Below are positions 9,938-19,703 of a stretch of 64,000 nt of DNA, one piece after another. How positions within the stretch are numbered: the stretch's first letter is position 1; each line of letters opens with the position of its first letter. The stretch lies in NCBI GenBank assembly GCA_964462685.1, contig CAYWYR010000014.1, positions 10,813 to 74,812 of the forward strand, written 5' to 3'. Under the pieces are notes generated by a model that ran no database searches, was not told the origin of the DNA, and worked only from the letters and a program-made list of their open reading frames with translations. Both the position numbers and the translations under genes were made by a program. This DNA comes from an uncultured Hyphomicrobiales bacterium (lineage in GTDB: Bacteria; Bacteroidota; Ignavibacteria; Kapaibacteriales; UBA2268).

Positions 9938-11509
9938 TTATTTACTGGTAAGTGAAATCACGGGAACGATCATTTCCTCAAGTGATATGCCGCCGTGCTG
10001 GAAACTGTCCTTGTACTTGTTCAGATAGTGGTGATAATCGGTCGGATAGACAAGATACGCGTCCTCTTTTGCGATAAGATTGTTCACAGATACGCCCATT
10101 TTAGGGATTTTCAGGTCTTTTAGATCGGTTACCTGCATGGCGAATTTCGTATCGGCCTGAACATTCTTGCCGAACTTATAGCGCAGGGATGTGGTGGTAT
10201 TTTTATCGCCCATCGCTTTTACGCCTTTCATACAGCGGACCGAGCCGTGATCTGTGGTGATCAGGATATTGGCCTTTTCGATCTTGCTGATCTGCTTTAG
10301 CATCCCGAAGAAGGATGAATGGCGGAACCAAGACTTGGTAAGGGATCGATAAGCGGACTCGTCGGGGGCGATCTCTTTAAGGATCGCATAATCAGAGCGG
10401 CTGTGGGCGATCATATCGACCGCGTTCAGCACGATGGCTGTGAGATGGTTGTTGGCATAACTCATGATCTCCCGCTCGGTCTTGCGGCCGAACTCCGTCT
10501 CGAATATCTTTATAAAAGAAAGCTTGGATTTCAGATCAACCCTGTGTCTGTCGATCCAGGTCTGGAGTAGCTGCTCCTCAAATTTGTTCTGGCTGTGCTC
10601 CTCAGAGGCGCTGTCCACCGACCAGTATTGCGGATAGTTCTTCTTGATCGCATCGGGATACAGCCCGGCGAACAGGCTGTTCCGGCAATATGCTGTAACG
10701 GTCGGCAGCATCGCGCAGTAGAAATCGGTATCGAACGCATAGTACTCCCGAAGAAGCTCCTCGAACATCAGCCACTGGTCGTAGCGCATGCAATCGACTA
10801 CGAAGAGAAAAGTAGGCTTGCCGTTCTTAAGCATCGGTTTCAGATATTTATCAAGGATATGAGGGGAAAGCGGAGGTTCTTCCTCGCCCTTCGCCGCATT
10901 GAGCCAGTCGAAATAATTATTCTCTACGAAGCGGGAGAAATTGGAGTTGGCGTCCTTCCATTGATTGTGCAAGGTCTCCTTAAGGCCTGAATCAGATAGA
11001 TTATCCAGCTCGATAGACCAGTTGGTGAGCTTTTTATAGATATCAACCCATTCATCCCACTCCAAAGGGCCCATCATCTTTTGGGTAAGCTGGTTAAAGC
11101 CCTGGAAGTAGCTCTGGGTAAACTTCTCGGACTCTATCCGCTTCGATTCGAGGAATTTTTTGCAGGCTGCAAGTATCTGTGCGGGGTTTACAGGCTTGGT
11201 TAGATAGTCATCGATCTTCTTTCCGATCGCCTCTTCCATCACCGACTCGGCCTCGTTCTTTGTTACCATCACCACAGGGACTCCCGGGTCGATATTCTTG
11301 ATCTCGGGCAGCGTATCAAGGCCGCTCATCCCGATCATCGTCTCATCGAGGAAGACAAGATCATATTGCTTACCCGAAACCATCTCTATTGCGTCCTCAC
11401 CGTTGGAGGCTGTATCTACTTCATAATTGCGCTTTTGCAACAGTATGATATGTGGTTTTAATAGCTCGATCTCGTCATCTATCCAGAGAATTCTACTTTT
11501 CTTTTCCAT
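9938..11509 (-). CDS. porX: PorX-like response regulator with a CheY receiver domain plus a PglZ (alkaline-phosphatase-superfamily) domain.
   Basis: N-terminal receiver (ILWIDDE…DLVFLDETMIGMSGLD) followed by a ~350-aa PglZ-type domain. 523 aa, which matches the length of the T9SS regulator PorX. Confidence 0.75.
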   Translation of the reverse strand: MEKKSRILWIDDEIELLKPHIILLQKRNYEVDTASNGEDAIEMVSGKQYDLVFLDETMIGMSGLDTLPEIKNIDPGVPVVMVTKNEAESVMEEAIGKKIDDYLTKPVNPAQILAACKKFLESKRIESEKFTQSYFQGFNQLTQKMMGPLEWDEWVDIYKKLTNWSIELDNLSDSGLKETLHNQWKDANSNFSRFVENNYFDWLNAAKGEEEPPLSPHILDKYLKPMLKNGKPTFLFVVDCMRYDQWLMFEELLREYYAFDTDFYCAMLPTVTAYCRNSLFAGLYPDAIKKNYPQYWSVDSASEEHSQNKFEEQLLQTWIDRHRVDLKSKLSFIKIFETEFGRKTEREIMSYANNHLTAIVLNAVDMIAHSRSDYAILKEIAPDESAYRSLTKSWFRHSSFFGMLKQISKIEKANILITTDHGSVRCMKGVKAMGDKNTTTSLRYKFGKNVQADTKFAMQVTDLKDLKIPKMGVSVNNLIAKEDAYLVYPTDYHHYLNKYKDSFQHGGISLEEMIVPVISLTSK

Positions 11510-11714
11510 AGTTCTTTATTGTTTTGATTGCTAAATGTAAGATAAGTAGAAATGTGCAGCTATAATATACCTTGGCTGGGGAAAAATTGTTTGACTGACC
11601 GATTATAAGTGGCAAGACTATAATACCAATTATCAGAATATATGTTTCAGATAAAAATAATATTTGTTGATTACGATAGTTTTAATAAGTAAATTATAAA
11701 CATTATTTGAGACT

Positions 11715-13496
11715 ATGGGAACAAGCAACGTAAGAGCATTTAAAGGTAGCGAAGATAGAAGTCTATTCACATCGCAACTATTAAAGGAATTAGATATACT
11801 TCAGGATCTAGTTGATACTGGAGAAATCGAAAGTAACGTAAAACGAATAGGGGCAGAACTCGAAATCTTTATTATAGATGAAAATGGTAATCCAAATCCA
11901 ATCGCTAATAAAATATTGGAAAAACTACCTGATTGCTTCACTTCTGAATATTCGGACTATGTAATAGAGCTTAATTTAGAGCCGCATCTGGTAAATGAGG
12001 GTACATTCAACAGTATCAAGCGTGAATTGCAGAGCAATCTGAACCTGGTGGCTGCCATGCTTAAAAAGCATGATTCTCGATACTTGCTCGTAGGTATTCT
12101 GCCTTCGTTTGATACAAGCCATTTATCGGTTGATTCAATTACACATGAGAAAAGATATGGACTACTCCATAATTTTGTTCACTCACTGAGAAATGAAAAA
12201 CACGAGACATTTATCCGGGGCATTGATACCCTGGATGAAGAAGATGGTTTAAATGTTTACGGCGGCGCACTGGCTAGCTATCAGATGCATTTACAAGTAT
12301 CTCCAGATAATGCCGTTGATATGCTGAATATATCACAGCTCATTACCCCGCCTCTTTTGGCTATCGGGGTTAACTCACCATTGTTTATGGAAAGGGCGCT
12401 ATGGCATGAAACAAGGGTTCCCCTTTTTGAGCAGTCAACAGATCAAAGAGATTTAAGAGAGAAAAAGTTAGACTTGGAGCCTCGGGTGAGCTTTGGCAAA
12501 GATTGGTATAAAGGTTCGGTAAAAGATATATTTGAAAAGGAGCTCTCTGAGTACGATCTGTGGCTCAATACAAATCTTAATACTGAGGACAGTAATAAAC
12601 AGCCGGAATTAAATACCTTAAGCTTTCAAAACGGCCTGATTTACCGTTGGAATAGATTATGCTATGGAGTTCTGAACGGAGTGCCTACATTAAGAATCGA
12701 AAACCGCTATCTGCCCGCAGGACCCACAATAGATGATAATCTCGATCTTCAGTTTTTCTGGACTATGCTAATGATTGGCCATACTGAATATTTAAAAGAT
12801 CAGATATCGAATACACCATTTTGGAAGGTAAAAGAAAACTTTAATAAGGCAGCTAATAATGGTATAGCTACAGAATTGTTCTGGGATGGCAAGTATAGAA
12901 CAGTCTCTGATATTTTGCTGGAAATTCTTTTGCCGATGGCAAAACAAACAGCTACATCATTAGGACTGGAAGATGATATAGAAAGACTAAATAAGGTTCA
13001 ATCCAAAGCTGAAAAAAGACTTACAGGTGCGGCTTGGCAATTGGAACGCTTTTTCGAATCACCTCTTCCGGTTACCGATACAACTAAAGCTATTTCAAGA
13101 ACGATGTCCGAATATCAATATAAAGACATTGAGCTTGTGAACTGGACTGATGAATTACTGGATATTACACCGACTTACGCCAGTGATATACCTGGAGAGT
13201 CACCTCTGAGAGTATCGAAGGATTATCCTGCGGATTATACCAAGAAACTTGCTATGCGCCAGGAAAAAAGCTACGTTACTGTGTATGATAGAAGTAGTTC
13301 TTTGGAATATACCATAAGAACTATTGACATATCTAGTAAAAACGGTGAACCTATAAAGGATATAGAACTAGAAACAATTGTCAGTATCGATTACAGAACC
13401 CCGATCGATAAAGTGAAAGAACTTGTCAACCAAGGTAAAGAAGAAATAGCGATAACTAGAGATAATGCTACGGTAAAAGTAGTGAGGCCTATATAA
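11715..13496 (+). CDS. GCS2-like carboxylate-amine ligase family protein (glutamate-cysteine-ligase-2 superfamily) with a C-terminal extension.
   Basis: N-terminal GAELEIFIIDENG resembles the ExE motif of YbdK/GCS2 ligases. 593 aa. The assignment is tentative. Confidence 0.4.
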   Translation: MGTSNVRAFKGSEDRSLFTSQLLKELDILQDLVDTGEIESNVKRIGAELEIFIIDENGNPNPIANKILEKLPDCFTSEYSDYVIELNLEPHLVNEGTFNSIKRELQSNLNLVAAMLKKHDSRYLLVGILPSFDTSHLSVDSITHEKRYGLLHNFVHSLRNEKHETFIRGIDTLDEEDGLNVYGGALASYQMHLQVSPDNAVDMLNISQLITPPLLAIGVNSPLFMERALWHETRVPLFEQSTDQRDLREKKLDLEPRVSFGKDWYKGSVKDIFEKELSEYDLWLNTNLNTEDSNKQPELNTLSFQNGLIYRWNRLCYGVLNGVPTLRIENRYLPAGPTIDDNLDLQFFWTMLMIGHTEYLKDQISNTPFWKVKENFNKAANNGIATELFWDGKYRTVSDILLEILLPMAKQTATSLGLEDDIERLNKVQSKAEKRLTGAAWQLERFFESPLPVTDTTKAISRTMSEYQYKDIELVNWTDELLDITPTYASDIPGESPLRVSKDYPADYTKKLAMRQEKSYVTVYDRSSSLEYTIRTIDISSKNGEPIKDIELETIVSIDYRTPIDKVKELVNQGKEEIAITRDNATVKVVRPI

Positions 13497-14455
13497 TGTA
13501 TAAAACTATATGCAGGGCTACCGGTGGTGAAATAGAGTTTGAAAGGTTAGTTGGTGAAGCCGGCAAGGCCGAAAGCGGCCCCACAGTAATATTTACATTA
13601 GGTATTCATGGAAATGAACCTACCGGTTTGGAGGCATTTGCCCGAGTTTTGAAAAAACTGGATGATGGGGAGTTCAAAAGTTTTTCCGGTAGGCTTGTGG
13701 GCATAGCAGGAAATCTCGAAGCCTTGCAAAAGGGCATGAGATATATTGATACGGACTTGAACAGAAACTGGAGTGATGAGGCGATAAACAACCCCGATAA
13801 CACCAACGAAGCCAAACAGAAGTCAGAAATAGGACGAGAGTTAATAAAATACAAGAATGAAGCCGACATTGCAGGTCAAAAGTTTTATCACTTTGATCTG
13901 CATACCACCAGTGCGGAAAGCAAGCCGTTTTCGATCATAAATGAAAAATATAGAGAAAACATAATTGCTGCATCTACTATGCCGGTATCTAAGGTAATCG
14001 GTATGCACCCTTACCAGGAAATGACAATGACTGACTATTGGAATACTAAAGGGTACACTTCATATTTATTTGAAGCAGGCCAGCATGACAGTCTTTCAGC
14101 AGTGGAAAATCATGAATCTTTTATATGGCTGCAGTTATTCGAAAAAGATATTATCGATAAAGAAACCAATGAGGATCTTTACTTCCATCATCGCAACAGC
14201 CTAAGCAAGTATGTGTTTACAGATTCGGTATATTTTGAAGTATGTCATTGTCATAAGATCAAGCCAGAAGATAATTTTAAAATGAAACTTGGTTATACTA
14301 ATCTTGATGAAATAAAGAAGGGTGAGATATTAGCATCAGACAATAACGGGGAGATCAAAGCCCCTCTTGATGGTAAAATATTTATGCCATTATATCAGAA
14401 ACAAGGCAATGACGGATTTTTTATAGTGTGCGCTACAGACGATCCGCTTGAATAA
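13496..14455 (+). CDS. Succinylglutamate desuccinylase / aspartoacylase family zinc hydrolase.
   Basis: VIFTLGIHGNEPTGLEAF… is the zinc-binding motif of the AstE/AspA family. The start overlaps the previous stop (TAATG). Confidence 0.7.
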   Translation: MYKTICRATGGEIEFERLVGEAGKAESGPTVIFTLGIHGNEPTGLEAFARVLKKLDDGEFKSFSGRLVGIAGNLEALQKGMRYIDTDLNRNWSDEAINNPDNTNEAKQKSEIGRELIKYKNEADIAGQKFYHFDLHTTSAESKPFSIINEKYRENIIAASTMPVSKVIGMHPYQEMTMTDYWNTKGYTSYLFEAGQHDSLSAVENHESFIWLQLFEKDIIDKETNEDLYFHHRNSLSKYVFTDSVYFEVCHCHKIKPEDNFKMKLGYTNLDEIKKGEILASDNNGEIKAPLDGKIFMPLYQKQGNDGFFIVCATDDPLE

Positions 14456-14500
14456 TAACCGGTAACACCTTGGTGCTATATGATAGGAACCAGTCGGATA

Positions 14501-15121
14501 TCATGCTCTTTGGGGGTATCCTTTTTCATTTTTATTATTTTCCGATAGCTTATCTGTAAGTTCTGGGTTTATTAGCAATACAAAGGCAACCAACGGCAGT
14601 AATAGCCTTGAGCCGATTGCGCCATACCCATTTAAGATATCATTTGCAGATATGAGAAGTTTTTGATAATAGCTGATAGGTATATCTCTTACAAACTGTT
14701 CGCCTACCAGTGTATATGCTGCGTTCATATCGATAGCGTAGGGCAATAACAGTTTTGCTAGCATAAAAACCAAACCCGCCGATAGGAATAAAAGAGAGTA
14801 ATTCCAGCGTGTCTTTAAAATATATAGTACAAATGATAGATATGTGAACAGTAAACTTGGCAAAATCAAATGTGAGTAAAAATCTGTTCTGTGAACCGAA
14901 CCCATATATTCTATACCTCTATGAGAGGTAACCGCTAATCTATCTATTAGAAGCAACTCATTACCATCTGCTTTGAAAGCAAGTGATTCGCTATAGCCGC
15001 TGAATAACGCCGAAAGTAAGTTAGAAGTCGCTACACATAATCCAACATCAAATATCTTGGAAATGAAGAGCAATAAAACAAAAGAAACAGATCCGAGAAG
15101 TATCAGGTATCCTTTTTTCAT
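14501..15121 (-). CDS. Polytopic membrane protein. It may be the exosortase-F-associated protein.
   Basis: 206 aa and hydrophobic. It is translationally adjacent to the upstream exosortase-like gene. The assignment is by context only. Confidence 0.35.
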   Translation of the reverse strand: MKKGYLILLGSVSFVLLLFISKIFDVGLCVATSNLLSALFSGYSESLAFKADGNELLLIDRLAVTSHRGIEYMGSVHRTDFYSHLILPSLLFTYLSFVLYILKTRWNYSLLFLSAGLVFMLAKLLLPYAIDMNAAYTLVGEQFVRDIPISYYQKLLISANDILNGYGAIGSRLLLPLVAFVLLINPELTDKLSENNKNEKGYPQRA

Positions 15122-15616
15122 TTATTTTTTGATCCCTACTTTCTTTAATGAAAATACCCATATTCCGAAAACCCCTGCGGCTATAATACCGGGGAATACA
15201 TTATGATGCATCATATCCAGAAGGCTTTCATCCCTGATCAGTGTCTCAACCAGTCCAACAACTCGGCCGATATTCATTGCATACAATACTGTTGAGCCCA
15301 AAAGAATATGAACAAGTTTCTTTCTCAGTCCTCCGTTCATAGCAAGTACTGCTAAGGAATAAATAAGGATCGGTTCGCTGCCCTCACAGCCATATCCCAC
15401 CATAATGGATTTGCCTTTTGTGATGATTATATCACCTATAGTCTGGATATCACGACCGAAAACAGAAAGAACGCCTGAAGATAAAGTTACTGTTAAGGTT
15501 TTGAATACAGAATTAAGGCCGGATAAAAATCCCGCCTGTAACGAGATATAGTAAGCCGCAATAGCCAGTATCACCCGAAATGGGTAGCTTTTGTTAAAAA
15601 GGGAAACCAACTTCAT
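15122..15616 (-). CDS. xrtF: Small exosortase-family membrane protein (XrtF-like).
   Basis: 164 aa with multiple TM helices and a conserved Cys in a GYGCEGSEP context. Size and taxon fit XrtF. The assignment is tentative. Confidence 0.4.
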   Translation of the reverse strand: MKLVSLFNKSYPFRVILAIAAYYISLQAGFLSGLNSVFKTLTVTLSSGVLSVFGRDIQTIGDIIITKGKSIMVGYGCEGSEPILIYSLAVLAMNGGLRKKLVHILLGSTVLYAMNIGRVVGLVETLIRDESLLDMMHHNVFPGIIAAGVFGIWVFSLKKVGIKK

Positions 15617-15744
15617 CCTGAAAGTCCTTCTTCATCTTTGAATAATATTAGTATCGTCAATTTTTAGGACATCTTTAATTATCTCAAGATACTTAAATTG
15701 CATACTTAAATATGTAAGTAGAACTGACTAAAAAACGAGTTATA

Positions 15745-16527
15745 ATGGAATTCAAAACACTAATTGTCGAAGTGGAAAACCATACTGCCGTTGTTAAACT
15801 AAATAGGCCAGATAAGCTAAACGCTCTAAGTAAGCAGGTATTCGATGATCTGGATGAACTTGTAAGCGCTATTGAAGGTGATGAAGACATCAGGTGCGTT
15901 ATCCTAACGGGAGAGGGAAAAGCTTTTGCCGCAGGTGCCGATATCAAAGAGCTTAACGCTAGCGATAGCTTAAGCAAGGGCCGCCAGTTTTCCGAATACG
16001 GCAGCAGAGTAATGGAGAAAATCTATAATCTGAATAAACCCGTTATTGCAGCGGTAAACGGTTTTGCACTCGGCGGTGGCTGTGAGCTTGCTATGAGCTG
16101 CCACATCCGCTATGCATCTGACAAAGCGAAATTCGGGCAGCCGGAGGTTAATCTAGGAATTATACCCGGATACGGCGGAACTCAGAGACTTACAAAACTG
16201 GTCGGCATAGGTAAATCACTGGAAATGAACCTTACCGGTGATTTGATAAGGGCCGACGAAGCTAAGCGTATCGGGCTTGTTAACGATGTTTTCGCACCTG
16301 AGGATTTGATAACCGAAGTTAAAAAGATTTGCGATACGATTAAAAGTAAAGCTCCTTTGGCTATTTCGGCAGTTCTCGAAGCAGTCAAATCATCACTTGA
16401 GACTGGCTACCGCGACGGCCTCGCTCTTGAATCCCGTAAATTCGGCGAAATCTGCGCTACGGAAGACTTCAAAGAGGGGACTAGCGCTTTCCTGGAGAAA
16501 CGAGAAGCAGAATTTAAAGGCAAGTAA
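15745..16527 (+). CDS. Enoyl-CoA hydratase/isomerase (crotonase family).
   Basis: Classic LNRPDKLNAL…GEGKAFAAGADIKEL and GGGCELAM motifs. 260 aa. Confidence 0.85.
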   Translation: MEFKTLIVEVENHTAVVKLNRPDKLNALSKQVFDDLDELVSAIEGDEDIRCVILTGEGKAFAAGADIKELNASDSLSKGRQFSEYGSRVMEKIYNLNKPVIAAVNGFALGGGCELAMSCHIRYASDKAKFGQPEVNLGIIPGYGGTQRLTKLVGIGKSLEMNLTGDLIRADEAKRIGLVNDVFAPEDLITEVKKICDTIKSKAPLAISAVLEAVKSSLETGYRDGLALESRKFGEICATEDFKEGTSAFLEKREAEFKGK

Positions 16528-16592
16528 ATACAAAGAACAAAATAAGCCAGTGAAAAAAACTTTTCGCTGGCTTACTTGTTCGATGATATAAT

Positions 16593-17063
16593 TTACTCTT
16601 CTATTTCCCCTGCATACCTGAAATACAGATTTGTATTGTCGGTAGTGGTGATTCTAAGTATGTCGCCATCAATTGAATAGCTCGAGGTAGAGGATAGACC
16701 ATTAAGATATTTTTCTTCCCAGTCCATAAGGTTTTCACAATACTTAAAAGTTGTAGATAGCGACAAGTCGATTTCATAGTCATTTGTGAAAGTGTATGTA
16801 CCTTCATAAGAATTACATAGACCTGACTCGACAGTATTGTCTTTAAAAAAAGAAATTTCTGTATACAAATCATCTGGCAAAACTTCTCCAGAACTGCCGC
16901 TTTTCTGAATACCCAAAAACTGCCAATGATTTTGCAGCTCATAATCAACGGAATCACTGCTAACCTGAAATGCTGAATTAGGCTGGTTGATCGTATCTCC
17001 ATCATCGCAGGCTGTTACTAATAATGATAACGCCACACATAGTAGAATAAGAAATGATTTCAC
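16593..17063 (-). CDS. Lipoprotein, hypothetical.
   Basis: Signal peptide plus lipobox (LLVTAC). 156 aa. Confidence 0.5.
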   Translation of the reverse strand: MKSFLILLCVALSLLVTACDDGDTINQPNSAFQVSSDSVDYELQNHWQFLGIQKSGSSGEVLPDDLYTEISFFKDNTVESGLCNSYEGTYTFTNDYEIDLSLSTTFKYCENLMDWEEKYLNGLSSTSSYSIDGDILRITTTDNTNLYFRYAGEIEE

Positions 17064-17178
17064 GGTAATTCCATATTAATATATAACACTCTAACCAATA
17101 GACACTTCAAATTCAATATAGTTACACTTACTATTCAGTATCGGGTTTTCAGCTTTAAGATACTAATACTAACATTTT

Positions 17179-18405
17179 TTACCCCTTACTCATCCTGTTT
17201 TTATAATAAAAGCCTACAATCCTATGGATAATAGCTGATATAACTACTAATAGTGCCGTTGCTGACCACAGAAGCTCTTTATCCTCGAAGCCAGTCTCGT
17301 GCAGCGCAAAAGCGAGATAGAAAAATGAACCAACCCCTTTAATGCCCAAAAATGCTACCAGTCCTCTTTCTTTCCATACCATCTCCGAACCTAGCGTTGG
17401 TATAATCCCAAAAAGCGGACGAATAATGAATATAAATGCTATACAAACTATAACGAGCTCTATATTAATCCCCCCAAACCAATCCTGAACTATATATCCC
17501 CCAAGCAAAAACATTATAGCGACTACCAAAAAGCCTTCTAACTGTTCGATAACATTATGCATCTCATAGTGCATTTTATTCTGTTTCTCTTGTTGTTTTA
17601 GAGTAAGTGCAGCCACAAATACCGCGATGAACCCATAAGCATGTATAGCTTCTGTGAAACCGTAAGTAAAGAAAGTGATCGCTATCGCCAGAAAACCGAA
17701 ATGTTTAGAATCTATATTGTACTTTTCAGCTTTATGAAGAAAAATCCAACACATCAGCTTGCCAACCCCATAACCTACTGCCAATCCAATTGCTATACGG
17801 TACACAACATCCTGAAGAAACCATGTTAAACCCCAGTCGGTTATATTCAGTCCGTACATTGCTATCATAACCGCAAACCAAGTAAAAGGGAAGGCCAGCC
17901 CGTCATTCAATCCAGCCTCAGCTGTCAGACTGAACTGAACTTCATGCTCTTCATCTTCATTCTCTTCGGGATCCACCTGAACGTCGCTTGCCAGTACAGG
18001 GTCGGTAGGTGCGAACACCGCACCGAGCAGTACCGCTGATGCAGGAACAAGGCCCGCCCAGATTCCTATCAGGGACACCGCTGCTATACATAATATCATT
18101 GTTACCAATACCAGAAGTAGTGGTATCCTATAAGCTTTAAAGCTAAACCCACGATCGAGTTTGAGCCCTGCACCCATAAGGCTTACTATCACTGTAATCT
18201 CAGCGAGTTTGAGTATTATCGAATTCCCTTCGATAGGGCTTGGGTTCGGTAGATTAATAGGAAGTAAATACAGGCCTATTCCGAGAAACAAGGCCACCAT
18301 AGGGGCATTCAGGAAAACGTGCCTTTCCATTTTCTTTAACCAAGGCAGAGCCAGCCAAAGGACCCCGATAATAATATATACCCAAACGTAAACCGCCATA
18401 TTCAA
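17179..18405 (-). CDS. Na+/H+ (cation:proton) antiporter, CPA1 family.
   Basis: 408 aa with 10 or more TM helices. The conserved FAPTDPV motif in a TM segment is typical of NhaP/CPA1 transporters. Confidence 0.75.
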   Translation of the reverse strand: MNMAVYVWVYIIIGVLWLALPWLKKMERHVFLNAPMVALFLGIGLYLLPINLPNPSPIEGNSIILKLAEITVIVSLMGAGLKLDRGFSFKAYRIPLLLVLVTMILCIAAVSLIGIWAGLVPASAVLLGAVFAPTDPVLASDVQVDPEENEDEEHEVQFSLTAEAGLNDGLAFPFTWFAVMIAMYGLNITDWGLTWFLQDVVYRIAIGLAVGYGVGKLMCWIFLHKAEKYNIDSKHFGFLAIAITFFTYGFTEAIHAYGFIAVFVAALTLKQQEKQNKMHYEMHNVIEQLEGFLVVAIMFLLGGYIVQDWFGGINIELVIVCIAFIFIIRPLFGIIPTLGSEMVWKERGLVAFLGIKGVGSFFYLAFALHETGFEDKELLWSATALLVVISAIIHRIVGFYYKNRMSKG

Positions 18406-18465
18406 TCCTTATCCCTGTTGTCCGATATTACGTAGACTCAAATAGGTTTGCGGTGTTGTATATTA

Positions 18466-19419
18466 CTATATAAACATGGATATCTTTTTATTGAAGTAAT
18501 CTAAGTATACTGAAGAACTTCTAGTATCTAGATAAGACTCATCTATCAATGATCGAATAGATTCCGATCTTGTGGCTACTCTATTGAATGAGTTGAGCAC
18601 CTGTTTTTCTGTAAGCCCGATATTTTCTCCAAATGACAATAAATCATCTTTTGTGATGTTTTTCTTCTTGCCATTAAGTGTCAAGGCTGTTTCTTCTTTA
18701 TCTTCAGGGATGAGGATCTTAGTGTTCAGCAGATCATAAGCGGGCGCCATACCCCAACTGTTTTTCGTCACAACCATTGAAAAATTTTTAAGGTGCATAT
18801 CCGCATTTCCGGTAATAAGGCTGCATAATATGATATCGAAAAGATATGTTAAGTCCAGTTGTACTCTGTTAGAGTATCTTTTCAGCCCATGGGCTATCTT
18901 CTCATAAGATCCAGTGTATTTATCGTATGCCTCTAGTATCTGGTAGAAGTCAAGCATATGTATTTTTTTACCATTCCTGGATCTGTCGATTCTTTTGGTT
19001 ATATAACATAATTCTCCTGACCTAAGCTTTATAAAACTAAATGGGACGGTATTTATTCCAAGTTCCTTTGCTATCAGCATAGTTAGCAATTCGTTTGCTG
19101 GCATGCTTGGGAAGCTGCCGGTTGGCGGTTTTAGTATGTATAAACCATCGAGAACACCGACTATGGTCAGCCTGGTATTTTTATCAGTTGTATTGAGAGA
19201 TAAAGAGAGTTTTGGCTGTACACCTGTTATTGATGTTCGGGAGCGGACAATCTCAAGCCCTAAATCATAAATATCATTATACGAATACGGAAGTTCTGGA
19301 GGATTAGGCGTGCCAAAGAATTTTACAGAATGATCGCTATTCGCATAGGGATCGATTTTTGTATGTAAGTGTCTTTTCACTCTGCCTCGATCGGTCTTAT
19401 GCTGACAGCACCTATACAA
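18466..19419 (-). CDS. hipT: HipT-like Ser/Thr kinase toxin (HipA C-terminal kinase domain only).
   Basis: Gly-rich loop SITGVQPKLSL, catalytic motif ADMHLKNFSM (DxHxKN), and the rest of the HipA core. Confidence 0.7.
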   Translation of the reverse strand: MYRCCQHKTDRGRVKRHLHTKIDPYANSDHSVKFFGTPNPPELPYSYNDIYDLGLEIVRSRTSITGVQPKLSLSLNTTDKNTRLTIVGVLDGLYILKPPTGSFPSMPANELLTMLIAKELGINTVPFSFIKLRSGELCYITKRIDRSRNGKKIHMLDFYQILEAYDKYTGSYEKIAHGLKRYSNRVQLDLTYLFDIILCSLITGNADMHLKNFSMVVTKNSWGMAPAYDLLNTKILIPEDKEETALTLNGKKKNITKDDLLSFGENIGLTEKQVLNSFNRVATRSESIRSLIDESYLDTRSSSVYLDYFNKKISMFI

Positions 19420-19703
19420 TCTCTACAGACTGTCATAAGTAGCCCCATTCTATCACTTCTGTTGAGCTTCCAGTTAACGAGTGTTATATCAAGCATCCAC
19501 CCCTCCGGTACTAGGCCTTCAAAGAATGGGAACAATCTCTTGCTTTTGTATGACTCTTCTCTTACAGGCATCGTAAATGTAATAAATCTGTCAGGGTATA
19601 ATGGGATATACTTATGGTGATATTCAAAAATATATTCACCATCAGAAGTTTCCGTAAGATTGCCGCAGAGAATATTATCATAAAAGACCTCAGCTTTCCT
19701 CAT
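19377..19703 (-). CDS. hipS: HipS-like protein (stand-alone HipA N-terminal subdomain).
   Basis: 108 aa. …FFEGLVPEGWM… and …CRDCIGAVSI… are the hallmark motifs of the HipA N-domain. It overlaps hipT by 43 nt in another frame. Confidence 0.6.
   Translation of the reverse strand: MRKAEVFYDNILCGNLTETSDGEYIFEYHHKYIPLYPDRFITFTMPVREESYKSKRLFPFFEGLVPEGWMLDITLVNWKLNRSDRMGLLMTVCRDCIGAVSIRPIEAE

Noticed and set aside
10319-10990. Several plus-strand ORFs (83-131 aa) opposite the PglZ response regulator.
   Set aside because: Arg/Leu-rich shadow ORFs of a GC-richer gene. They show no motifs and overlap a well-supported gene.
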